The translations under genes and the position numbers were made by a program. A DNA stretch of 63,737 nt, taken from positions 1-63,737 of the forward strand of contig DYTB01000005.1 of NCBI GenBank assembly GCA_020726185.1, in the 5' to 3' direction. Origin of the DNA: Candidatus Odyssella sp. (GTDB lineage: Bacteria; Pseudomonadota; Alphaproteobacteria; Paracaedibacterales; CAITNM01). Numbering within the stretch: position 1 is the first letter of the stretch; every line of letters begins with the position of its first letter. This document shows, one piece after another, positions 10,167-20,901 of this stretch. The notes under the pieces were generated by a model. The model saw nothing but the letters and a program-made list of their open reading frames with translations, searched no databases and was not told where the DNA came from.

Positions 10167-11495
10167 ATGTCCCAAACTATGCTTTCTAATGTTTATAAAG
10201 TGCAGTGGCACGAAGGAATGCTGTTAAGTCCTCAGCATTTTCAATACAGTGAGCAACGCTTAGAGCAGTTACTCTATACCGCAGGTTTAAGCAGCGCATA
10301 CACAGGATGGGGGATATTAGAGTTAGAAATTGATCAAAGTCTTCTAGCCCAAGGCATTGTAGAAATTTCCCAACTTTTGGCGATTCTTCCTGACGGCACA
10401 ACTGTTTTACATGGTTCAGAAAACACAATAAATGAAGAGCATCCGCTTAACCTTAGGTACAATCTTGCAGAGCTAGCTTTAAAAAGCTCAGCCGAAATCA
10501 CACTTTGCTTGTGTTTACATCAAACAAGCAACAGCAAGAAACGTTACGATTCTATCGAATACAACAATATTGTTGATGAAAATAGTTCTGATAATGTTAT
10601 CAATTTGCCAATTTTGCGGCCAAAACTATTTTTAAATCCAGAAAAAGTTCCCAGTGAATGTATAGGTTTTCCGTTAATAAAACTTATGTTTGATGGAAAA
10701 CAATTCGCCCTAAAATCTTTCCTTTACGCCTCATTATCAATTTTAGCTGGGCACCCAATTAGAAAACGGTTGGCAGAAATAGTTCTAAACATTCGACAAA
10801 AAGCTGCATACTTGATAAACAAATCACAGCAGACCACTTCAGGCCCTATACTCCGAGAGACACAAGCAACATTGAAACCGCTCATTTCATGCCTATGTAT
10901 CCTTGAACCATTAAGTGGCATTGAAAAATTACATCCAGAAAGACTTTTTGATCATTTACTTAACATTGCAGCTAATCTGCTACCGCTACAAACAAGCCAA
11001 ATTCCTGGTATCCTTCCGACATACGATCCCTTTAATCCAGGGAATAGTATAGAATATTTTTTAAACATTTTTGAAAAAACAATTTCTTCCATACAACAGC
11101 GCTATCTAAGCATTCCATTTCATCAACAAGACAGGCTTTTTTATCTTCATTTACAGCCTTCTTACACTAATGGCGATCTATATATAGGATTTCGTTGCCC
11201 CCCGGGCATGAGTGAAAATCAAATGTATGATTGGGTTCAAGAGGCTATCATTACTTCGGATGAGAAAATAGATGTTGTGAGCACACGACGAATTTCAGGT
11301 GCAATCAGAACATCAATCAAGGACGATGAATTAGAAGACCTTATTCCTAATGCTGGTACACTTCTTTTTGTGATTAAAAAAGATGATGAATTTGTTAGAT
11401 CAAGGAAAAATTTAAATATCTTTAATCCAGGAGACACCTCAGATAAACGTCCTTTGGACATTACCCTTTTTGTTCGTCAGAATGATTCACCATGA
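10167..11495 (+). CDS. tssK: Type VI secretion baseplate subunit TssK
   Basis: N-terminal VQWHEGMLLSPQHFQ signature; 442 aa; ATGA overlap with tssL. Confidence 0.88.
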   Translation: MSQTMLSNVYKVQWHEGMLLSPQHFQYSEQRLEQLLYTAGLSSAYTGWGILELEIDQSLLAQGIVEISQLLAILPDGTTVLHGSENTINEEHPLNLRYNLAELALKSSAEITLCLCLHQTSNSKKRYDSIEYNNIVDENSSDNVINLPILRPKLFLNPEKVPSECIGFPLIKLMFDGKQFALKSFLYASLSILAGHPIRKRLAEIVLNIRQKAAYLINKSQQTTSGPILRETQATLKPLISCLCILEPLSGIEKLHPERLFDHLLNIAANLLPLQTSQIPGILPTYDPFNPGNSIEYFLNIFEKTISSIQQRYLSIPFHQQDRLFYLHLQPSYTNGDLYIGFRCPPGMSENQMYDWVQEAIITSDEKIDVVSTRRISGAIRTSIKDDELEDLIPNAGTLLFVIKKDDEFVRSRKNLNIFNPGDTSDKRPLDITLFVRQNDSP

Positions 11496-12292
11496 AAACA
11501 ATAAGTTTTTCTCATCATGGCATTATAAGCGAAGAGTTTGACGTATTTTACTATGAGCTTTTGCGCATTAAAGAAGTGGCCTTAAAGAGCTCTTCTGCTT
11601 CGGCAATTGCAACAGATGAACAAACAGATGACGACATGACAATTACCGTTTCAGGTCCTGTGTTGGCATTGCAAGAACGCTTTATGACATTTTTTGATAA
11701 ACAACGCGAAAGATTTCATCGGATTGCTGTTGGACCAAGCTCTCTTTTTATTCAAGAGGCCCAATACATATTTGTTGCAATGGCTGATGAAGTGATGATA
11801 AATCAAACTTGGCACGGAGCAAATTATTGGAGGCAAAACTGCCTTGAAACTAAAATTTTTCAAACCCAAGTTGCTGGAGAAAGAATTTTTTCTCAAATAG
11901 AAAGCCTTTTGAGAACTAATGATCCTCTCCAGCGCGAGCTAGCAAGGCTGTATCTTCTGTGTCTTTCATTAGGTTTTCAAGGAAAATTCCGTACCCAAGG
12001 AAACTCACAAATCCTATCATATAAACAGCAGCTTTTTAGCTTTATATATCATCGATCAACAACACTAATGCAAGGAGATCGCGCTTATATACTGGAAGAT
12101 TCTTTGAGTTTTGTTTTCACGGAAGCACCAACAAAAGGGCTTCCTGACCTAAGAGCTTGGTCCTTAACAGCCCTTAGTGTTCTGCTTATCTATCTATTTG
12201 TAAGTTATGGAATTTGGATGCTTATCTCACAAGATCTTCACGAAGTACTAGAAAGCATTTTTCATCTTACAAAGCAAGGACCGGTAGTTTAA
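11492..12292 (+). CDS. tssL: Type VI secretion membrane protein TssL/DotU
   Basis: YIFVAMADE, W...LETKIF, AGERIF, YLLCLSLGFQGKFR; single C-terminal TM. Confidence 0.88.
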   Translation: MKTISFSHHGIISEEFDVFYYELLRIKEVALKSSSASAIATDEQTDDDMTITVSGPVLALQERFMTFFDKQRERFHRIAVGPSSLFIQEAQYIFVAMADEVMINQTWHGANYWRQNCLETKIFQTQVAGERIFSQIESLLRTNDPLQRELARLYLLCLSLGFQGKFRTQGNSQILSYKQQLFSFIYHRSTTLMQGDRAYILEDSLSFVFTEAPTKGLPDLRAWSLTALSVLLIYLFVSYGIWMLISQDLHEVLESIFHLTKQGPVV

Positions 12293-15200
12293 ATGACTCC
12301 AATCGCTCCTAGCAGTTTTGCTGATTTTATTCAATTTGTGCAAAACCAAACAAATAATCTACCTAGTCTCATTTTTTTGTTAATATTTTTTGGCTTAATG
12401 GTCATGCTGATATGTATTTTAATAATTAACATGAGCGTTAGAAAAGATAAAAAAATCAGTCTTAATGAAAAAAAATCGTTTTTAAAACGAAATTTTTCTC
12501 TTCCGCCGCTCGGTGGAATCATCACTTCTTTTTTGGTAAAACAGGGTTGGATACAAGTTAATTCTATTAGTCAGATTTTTCTAAAGGGCCTTGAGTTTTT
12601 AAAGAAAAATTTTGGGGAACATGCTTTATACAAACTACCTTGGTATATCGTTTTAGGTTCAAAAAACTCTGGAAAATCAACACTTGTGAACCATACTCAG
12701 TTACACGAGCCTCACAGTAGCCCAGATTTTAGTCTGCATGAACCTAATCCCCCTATTCGTTGGAAATTTTTCAGCCGTGGCGTACTTATAGATGTAGCGG
12801 GTCGATTATTCTTGAATAATCCAGAAATAGAAACAGATACAATCGCCTGGCGTAATCTTCTGATTCTTCTTGCACGATATAGGGCATCTAGACCTTTGAA
12901 TGGTATTGTATTATGCATAAGCGCTAAAGATCTTTATGGCAAAGAAAAACTATCACCAGATGCCTTACAAGCCCGTGCAAACACCATGCTACACACTCTC
13001 AGCAGGGCACAAACAAGCTTGCGCTTGCAACTGCCTATTTATGTTGTTATTACATACTGTGATGCAATTCCAGGTTTTCAAAATTTTGCGCAAGAATTAC
13101 CAGTTAAAAATCAAGGAAATATATTGGGATGGTCAAGTCCATATAATCTGCAATATATGTATTCACAAAACTGGATCAATGAAGCATTTCAGTATCTTGA
13201 TGAAAAAATAGATGAAGCACGTACTGAGCTATTGAGCTCAAACATAGATCCTAGCAACGCTGATGGGCTATTTGTTTTTTCTAAAGAGCTTTTAACAATT
13301 AAAGAAAATCTTAGCGGGTATATAAATCGCATTTTTCATGCCAGTGCTACACATGAAGCTCCAATATTGCGTGGTATATATTTCACAGGCAACAGCGGAA
13401 TTAGTGAGTCATCTCTACCATTTCTAAATGAATCCACTTCTGATCTATCATTAGAAGCACACACTAACACATCGATATCTCCTGTATTTTTACGAGATTT
13501 ATTTCAAGGTAAGATATTCTCTGAGATAGGAATTTCTAAACCGTTAACGGGAAAAGTTGCTACCTTGAATCGTGGCGTAAATATTATTCGAAACACAACC
13601 ATATGTTTCACTCTACTTGGAACTTATGGACTATTTAATGCATACGATACTTTTGGAGAAAAAAAAGAACGTATTTTACCCGTTCTATCAAAAATGAGCA
13701 GTCTTTTAAGAGACATGCAGTATTTAAAAATTGATGAACCTGGTCATTCAGCATCTTTATTTGACACTTACGCACGTCAATTACTTGATATGATGCAAGA
13801 GCTTCAACAGACTGAATTCATTTCTGTTATCGTTCCTGCATCCTGGTTTAGTCCTCTACATAAAGATCTTCATGCAGGTTTGCAAGTTGCTTACCAAGAA
13901 ATAGTAATTCGCACCATTTATGTTGATTTACTAATGAAAGCAAGAGAACTTCTGCAATTACGACCAACAGCAGGTGATAGGTCAACCTCATTGGCAGCTC
14001 TTCTTAATCCTCTAGTATCAAGCGAATACATGCTTTTAAAAAAATATGTCGAGGGATTATGCGAACTTAATGATATGTTATTTAATTTTAACAACTTAAA
14101 AAGTGCGCCCGATGCTCGTGACCTTGATAGCTTAATTATGTACACCTTTAATTCTCATTTACCTGAAAGTTTTGTGGGACAATATGCCAGCTTTCGAAAA
14201 GTTCTAAATGAGTCATCCTATCCTTTAATTAACCTTAAGCCCTATCAACAAATGGCAAGACAAACCTTGTCAATTATATATGAATTTTTTTTAAATGCTC
14301 TATTTTCTAAAAATGATTCGCAAACGCTAGTGTCGCGTATTCAAACCTTAGTTAATCAAACATAAAGCCAAAATGAAAAACACCTTCCTGATCTTACGAG
14401 TCTCCGAAGTACTGTGGGGGATTTATCACTAACCGCACCTTCTTTGGGAGAATTGGGCTCAACATGGATGGACGGAAAAACTTTCGTGCCTGGGAAAGAA
14501 TTTGATAAAATCCTTGACCATATAGATATGTCTCCACTTTTTGGTCGTGATGTTACTCAGTATTTAGTTGATCAAACGGCTATTGGATTTAATCGATTTA
14601 AAAATTTCTTGATGGCTATTAATGATTCTTTAGTGGATAAAGGCCTTAACCAGAAGGCGCTTCCCCCTTCTCATGGATTATTAACACTAGAAAAGTACTT
14701 AACTTCATTGTTTAAACTTAGCTTTATGGGGGTGCCTTCTGGAAAGCCTCTCACGACAAGAATTCCTGTAGGAAAACTTGTGTATTGGGATTCAAACTTA
14801 GTACAAGCAGCATTTAGCATGATGAAGGATTTTGATGTTTTCATTAGCAAAGACTTACTAGCCTACCCAATGTCTGTTCAAGAAAATATAAAAATAGCTG
14901 CTAGAATAAACTTGCAAGATGTTTTAATTGGAACTCTAGGTAAAGCATAAACTTTCATAGAGACTCTAAGAGATGTAAAACCAGGAACTGAATCTGAGCG
15001 CATGTTACGCGCTCAAATAAATGACTTTAAAGCTGTTGTTGATCCACTTGGAAAATTATTAGAAATCTTAAAGCAAGACGATGTTAGTAAGGCCTATATA
15101 GATCTTCGCGATTTACTTTGCAATCAATCACAATGGCTACTTACACACATCGACACTTACATTAAACAACACAAGCTCTACAAAATGAAGCAAGAGGATT

Positions 15201-16609
15201 TTGATTGGTGGGATGGAAAACCAGGAGCATCTATTGGCGCATTCGCTGTTCGCGATGGCAATGATTTAAAGCATTACGTAACTGTTCAGCGAGAGCTGTT
15301 AACTTCAGCAATTAATGACTTTGCAAAACCCATTATCGATCTTTTAAAAACCCCAGCTTTTGATGGTGCAGAGGATCGTGATGAAGCCTTGATTGAGCGT
15401 TGGATAAGATTGACCGAACAGGTTGAAGCTTACAATAAAAAACAACCCAGCAATTCTTTAGCTCAGCTTGAAAACTTCATTCTTACAGCCCTTAATGTGG
15501 GCAACTACAAAGACTCACTCAAACACCTCAAATTGAATGACTTATCAGAGATTTCTGGAGACTACCTGCTAGAAATTTTGCGAGAAATTAAAATGAAAGT
15601 TTTATCACGCGCTGAAGTTTTGCAACGCCATCAAGCCATTCAAAATTACGATAAACTAGTTCTTTTCTTTAATAAAAACTTAAAAGGAAAGTTTCCATTT
15701 GTCGGTGCAAAACTTGAAAAAAACAATGGCGAAGCAAATCCAGAAGACATACGTGAATTTTTTGACATATTTAAAGAGTGTGGTGATTCCACCAAGGTAG
15801 TTCTTGATCAATTATATCAAATTGGCCCAGACATGAAGGAGGCTGTACAATTCTTGCTATCCATGGAAGATGTTCGTCAATTTCTTAATGCCTATCTTAA
15901 GGACCCAAGTGCTGAAAAGCCAAATTTTAATATAAAAGTTAACTTTAGGGTTGCCCAAGATAAAGAAAACGGTGGCATTAACATTCTCGATTGGTACATA
16001 AAAACAGATGAAATAACTACAATTGATAAGCAAGATAAAAAATTAGAAGGCAAGGGAAGCTGGACTTTTGGAGCACCTGTAACTATTGGTTTTAAATGGG
16101 TAGAAACAGGAAATTCACCAAAACCACAATCAGACTCAGGACAATCATCGCTTAAAGTTGAGAGCGCTACCGCTGAATTTGTTTATGATAGTCAGTGGGC
16201 ACTGTTATGGTTAATTCGTGATCACCTTGCTCCTAAAGGTTCTTTTTCTAAAGTTTCAGAACCCAATCCTTATGTTCTAAAGTTCAACGTCCCCATGAGC
16301 GATCAAACTTTCACAACAGTGTACAATTCTATAAGTATAATTGTCTCGTCGAGTAAACCAAAGGGACCACCCAAGATAATTACCCTACCAACTTTTCCAA
16401 CATCTGCCCCTGATTTGCCAGAAAAAATAAAAGAAATAAAAGACAAGCCAGTTTTAACTGATGGAACAATTGAATCAACTGCTTTTGGTTTTTTTCTTTC
16501 TGAAACAAAAAAAGACACAAAAGAAGAAAATCAAAAAAATGAAGATACTTCTGGTGAACAAGAGAACAATCCAGAAGAAAAAAAGAAAGAAGAAACAGGT
16601 GAGCAATGA
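12293..16609 (+). pseudogene. tssM: TssM/IcmF, one 1438-codon frame interrupted by in-frame TAA at 14363 and 14948
   Basis: LPWYIVLGSKNSGKST, RPLNGIV, LPIYVVITYCD motifs; ORFs 12293, 14414 and 15002 share one frame and the gaps hold no other stops. Confidence 0.8.
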
Positions 16610-17793
16610 GCGATAGCCTAACACAAACCTCGACCTTTTCTGATGCATTATTAGCACCAATAAGCACAAACAATGGTGTTGGTGAATGGTTACGCTACGA
16701 TCCCATTTATGTAAAGATTCGTGATGCTCGACGTGAGGAAAATGACGGCATGCACCGAGAAAATTGGGAAGGAGAGTTAAAGCACGCAAATTGGCAAGAA
16801 GTAGAACGCTTGTCGACAAGCACCCTACAAACAAAAACAAAGGATTTACAGCTTCTGACATGGCTTTTAGAAGCAAGACTCCATCTGTATGGAGTGGCTA
16901 ATTTTTCACAAGACACAGCACTATTACTAACATTCATCAGAACTTTTTGGAAAGATCTTCATCCACAAAAAACAGAAGATCCTGATCAAGAATTTCGCAC
17001 AAACATCCTTGAATCTTTTATAAGGTTAGCCAGTGAAACAATACTCCTTGAGCCACTTAATGAACTCTCCCCAATTTTTAGTCAGCCCCCCAACCTCGCA
17101 AAATGTTATGAGGCTGACAATCTAGAAAAAACAGCAAAAAGCGGAGGAGCAGCTGCCGACACTTATCAAAAATCTTTGACAAACGGCCTGATTACTATAG
17201 ACAGAATTCGAAATGCTCTTTCTGAAGTAAATAAAGAAAAAGGAGAGGCAAAAGTTTTTCTGCTTGAAGCATGCATACAAAACCTAAAAAGCATTGATGA
17301 TTTTGTGAACGAAGCGATTGGAAACGAAGGCCCTCGCTTTGATGGATTAATTAGTCATTTGGAAGAACTAAAGGGATTATATTGTTTATGCAAAAAAGTT
17401 CCTGATGAAAAAATTAACAACGAAACAATATCCAGCACAACCCTAGCATTATCAGACGAAGAAAAAACTGAATCTAATAAAGAAGGGGATCCTAAAAAAC
17501 AAACAATAGATGACCGAGCTGGCGTTTATCAAGCTATCCGCCAGTTAGGTGAATTTCTTCTTACACTAGAACCTCATAGTCCTTCTCCTGCCCTTTTAAA
17601 GCTTATCGGCGGATGGGAGAATAAAACCCTATCCCAAATTTTGGCAGAGTTAAAAGCAACTCAACCAGAAACGCGCTCGTTATTAGAGCTTCTAGCGAGA
17701 GCAACTCATCAGGAAAACCCCCAACTTATCGCAGCTAACACCTCACTTGGATCGACAGACATTAGCCAACTGAGCAACATTGTTCCAGGGTAA
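16606..17793 (+). CDS. tssA: Type VI secretion TssA-like protein (ImpA_N domain)
   Basis: LLAPIS..GVGEWLRYDP.Y..IRDARRE...W..V......KTKDLQLLTWL; C-terminal EPHSPSP; ATGA overlap with tssM. Confidence 0.8.
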   Translation: MSDSLTQTSTFSDALLAPISTNNGVGEWLRYDPIYVKIRDARREENDGMHRENWEGELKHANWQEVERLSTSTLQTKTKDLQLLTWLLEARLHLYGVANFSQDTALLLTFIRTFWKDLHPQKTEDPDQEFRTNILESFIRLASETILLEPLNELSPIFSQPPNLAKCYEADNLEKTAKSGGAAADTYQKSLTNGLITIDRIRNALSEVNKEKGEAKVFLLEACIQNLKSIDDFVNEAIGNEGPRFDGLISHLEELKGLYCLCKKVPDEKINNETISSTTLALSDEEKTESNKEGDPKKQTIDDRAGVYQAIRQLGEFLLTLEPHSPSPALLKLIGGWENKTLSQILAELKATQPETRSLLELLARATHQENPQLIAANTSLGSTDISQLSNIVPG

Positions 17794-18745
17794 TTTTTTC
17801 TGCAACCAGTCGTCGTACAGAATTTTCCAAGCATTTTATGTATGAGGGGTTGTCTCCTAAAGCCGGGGCACGTCCGTAAAAAGGAACTCCCCAGGTTTTT
17901 GCTTTTTTTGCATAATCAATATCAAGTTCAACCAGGGTTTCTGAATGCTCAGAAACAAAAGATATTGGAACGACCACCACGGGTGTGGATTGTGACCCTG
18001 CCTTTTTAAGCTCATCCTCTGTAGTTGGGGTCAACCATTTGAGCCTTCCCACCTTACTTTAATAACAAATAACAAATTCAGTTCCATCAAAATCTTGCAT
18101 TATAGCAGCAACACTTCCCTCTATTTGTTTCTGATAGGGATCACCACCATCTACAACTTTCTGGGGCAATCCATGAGCAGAAAAAAGAATTCTGGGGGCA
18201 CCGTGTTTCTTTGCCTCGATCAAAATTGGCCTGATAAGTTCTTGGTGAGCCTTAACAAAATCTGGGTCATTGAAATAGCAGCACTCAATGACAGTTTTTG
18301 ATTGCCATTGAGGGGCTATTTTTTGCCATTCTTCAATGGACGATTTTGTGGTTGTTGTGGAAAACTGTGGATACAAAGGTAACAACACAACCTTAGATGG
18401 TTTAAAGGCTTTTACAGCCTCAAGCACATTGGTGGCTCGGGGTCTCCAGTAGCGCATTGCAGGAACAACCATAATATCAAGATCACCATCCAGTGCAGAC
18501 TTTAGGCGCTTTGCTTGAACAAGTGTATTTTCTAAAATGGGTGATTTTCCCCCAATTAAGGAATAAATGCCCTTAGCCTTCTTGTTGCGCGAAAATGAAA
18601 TCCACCTTGCTAGCAAATAGCGAAAGGGGTTTGGTAAATTCAAAATGGCTTTGTCGTAAAACAAGTTAAACAAAAATGGTCGAACAGCGGCAAGAGAATC
18701 TGGCCCACCGAGATTCATTAAAATCACCACTATTTTTTGTTTCAT
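17762..18745 (-). pseudogene. hemH: Ferrochelatase interrupted by in-frame TAA at 18059-18061
   Basis: LMNLGGP, LPLYPQFS, FSAHGLP, VPISFVSEHSETLVELD; junction reads VICY*SKVGRLKW where the family has [YFW]QS[RK]. Confidence 0.9.
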
Positions 18746-19731
18746 TGTTGACCCCGGACCAAATCAATAAATTCTTCAACATGAGATATTGGGGTTTCAG
18801 GAAGAATCCCGTGACCCAGGTTAACAATAAAAGGCCTATCCTTAGAGAACTCTAAAATAGCCAAAACATCTTCTTTGAAATCACCATTCAGGAGTTTTTG
18901 GGGGTCCAGGTTTCCCTGCAAACAAGCCGTTGTGTCATTTAAGGTGGAAAGGTCTGTATCTTGGCTTACACCAAAACCAATATTTAAATGCCCTAGATTT
19001 TTTATGGCCTCAATAGCAATCCCCTTGCCGTAATAGATAGCATTTGCCCCAGGCACTTGTTTTTGGATCTGGTGAATGATTTTTTCTGCGGGTTCAAACA
19101 GCCACTTCCGTTGAAGTTCGACCGGAACAGCTGACGCCCACGATTCAAAAAGTTGCACAACATTTGCCCCAGACTTTAATTGACGAACTGCATGATCTGA
19201 AATCACCACAGTAAGTTTATCCATGAGCTTATTAAAAAGCGGCCAGGTTTTGGCAAGCTCAACCAACCCCTCAAAGCTATTGGTCTTACCCGCGTTTATC
19301 ATGTATGAAGCGATTGTCCAAGGACAACCAACAAACCCAATCAGTGCTTTTTGTGAGTCCAACTCTCGTCTAACATTTTTTATTGATTCATAGATAAGAT
19401 GAATATCGTCAGCTATAGAGGTACCTAGAATTTTCTCCCAGTTAGGATGCTCAAGAATAGGACCAACCCCCTCTTTAAAATGAACCGCCTGACCTAAAAA
19501 ATGTGGAACGACCAGAATATCACTAAAAATAATTGCAGCATCAAAACCAAAGTGAACAATTGGCTGAAGTGTTGCCTCCACCACCATTTCTTGGTTTAGA
19601 CAAAACCCCATAAAATCAGGAGACTTTTTTCTCAAAGCCCTATATTCTGGCAGATAACGACCAGCTTGCCGCATTATCCAAATGGGTTTTTGAGTTTCGG
19701 TGTGACCGTTTAATGCCTGAATAATCTTCAT
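18742..19731 (-). CDS. hemE: Uroporphyrinogen decarboxylase
   Basis: PIWIMRQAGRYLPEYR, FSDIL, LQGNLDP, NLGHGILP motifs. Confidence 0.95.
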   Translation of the reverse strand: MKIIQALNGHTETQKPIWIMRQAGRYLPEYRALRKKSPDFMGFCLNQEMVVEATLQPIVHFGFDAAIIFSDILVVPHFLGQAVHFKEGVGPILEHPNWEKILGTSIADDIHLIYESIKNVRRELDSQKALIGFVGCPWTIASYMINAGKTNSFEGLVELAKTWPLFNKLMDKLTVVISDHAVRQLKSGANVVQLFESWASAVPVELQRKWLFEPAEKIIHQIQKQVPGANAIYYGKGIAIEAIKNLGHLNIGFGVSQDTDLSTLNDTTACLQGNLDPQKLLNGDFKEDVLAILEFSKDRPFIVNLGHGILPETPISHVEEFIDLVRGQQ

Positions 19732-19734
19732 ACT

Positions 19735-20060
19735 AATAATAATATATATATTTAAAGGTTTTAGTATTGATAGTAGTGCTTGTGCAAAAGCCTAATCCCA
19801 AAGTTGTCCCCATCTTATCCACAAGATTTTCTTTTTGTATAGAGTATAGAGTATAGAGTATAGAGTATAGAGTCCGCATGTGGGTTGGTTGTGTAAAATT
19901 TTTTCTAATCTGGGGATATTTTTTGTTTGTGTGTTTACAACTGGTGTATAAGTTGCTGAATTTCATGGCTAACTGAGCATTTATGCACAGGGGGCTTTTT
20001 TACACAATGTTTACACAGCGCTTATGTGTATTTTTCCACAATTTTATGCACATGGTAAAG
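19735..20060. other. Probable chromosomal replication origin (oriC)
   Basis: TTWTNCACA boxes at 19781(-), 19815(+, perfect TTATCCACA), 19890(-), 19981, 19998, 20032, 20044(+); AT-rich tract 19732-19755; next to hemE; parABS nearby. Confidence 0.8.
19837..19873. repeat. Tandem heptamer (GTATAGA)x5
   Basis: Five exact copies at 19837-19871 plus a partial GT. Confidence 0.95.
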
Positions 20061-20079
20061 TAAACAGAGACAAAAAGAG

Positions 20080-20901
20080 ATGAAGGTTGAAAAATTTTTG
20101 AGTTGTCATTATATTGCTTTCTTGTTGCTTGATATTTTTAAGAAAAGAACTTTTGTGAGAATTTTTTCGTTAGTGTTGTTATCATTTTGGATGTTGTGTG
20201 CTTCTGGTGTTGAGGAGGCCAACTCCACTGTTATTCATGAGCATGTAATGTATGTGGATGGCCAAAAACACACCTTTAGAAAGATACAAAACGAAGAGAA
20301 AATAGCTGTTATTAAAGCTTCTTTTGGTGTAATTCCTTTGCTAGAAAATGGATTAATTCTACCACAGATTACTTTAAAATCATTGAAACTATCAAAGACA
20401 GGCAAGGTGGAGGTTGGATTTAAAAAAACCACTTCGGAAGGAATCATTTTGCATACACATGGTCTATGTGACTGTGTGGGAATTTCTGTATGGAATACTG
20501 AAACCAGAACTGCCAGCCTATTTCATTTTTATGAGGACAATCTTGATGATAATCCTAATTACCTTCAAGAAATTATAGCTGAGATAAGGAGTTTTTCTTT
20601 TGTCACAAGTAATCTGAAGATATACCTAGCAAGCAGTTATTTGAACAATGTAGTTACTATAATTAATAGATTACAAGCAGAGGGGCTTAATATTTCTGGT
20701 CTTTACGTTCCAGATGCTTTGCGCGAAGATTCTGAGTTTGATCATGACGTATATGTTGGTGAAGGAGTTCCTCTTGCTTTCATGCCTACTCCAGATGATG
20801 ATCTTCACGGTGAATTGCAACGACGTCCTAATTTACCATATCTTTCAATGACGATTGACGGCGAAATGGGAGAAGTAAGGGTCTATCCTAGGTGGTTATA
20901 A
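20080..20901 (+). CDS. Hypothetical exported protein with CheD/CNF1-like Cys-His motif
   Basis: Hydrophobic N-terminal segment; THGLCDCVGISVWNTETRTASLFH resembles CheD LGSCV..C.WD.....GG..H. Confidence 0.45.
   Translation: MKVEKFLSCHYIAFLLLDIFKKRTFVRIFSLVLLSFWMLCASGVEEANSTVIHEHVMYVDGQKHTFRKIQNEEKIAVIKASFGVIPLLENGLILPQITLKSLKLSKTGKVEVGFKKTTSEGIILHTHGLCDCVGISVWNTETRTASLFHFYEDNLDDNPNYLQEIIAEIRSFSFVTSNLKIYLASSYLNNVVTIINRLQAEGLNISGLYVPDALREDSEFDHDVYVGEGVPLAFMPTPDDDLHGELQRRPNLPYLSMTIDGEMGEVRVYPRWL

Noticed and set aside
995-12292. Genome-wide reassignment of TAA to Gln
   Set aside because: TAA is the true stop of conserved genes here (trkA 995, ntrX 2375, parB 9884, tssL 12290 directly before the next ATG), and CAA is used normally
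19733-19966. 77-aa ORF upstream of hemE
   Set aside because: Runs through the DnaA boxes and the heptamer array (TLYS repeats); explained by oriC
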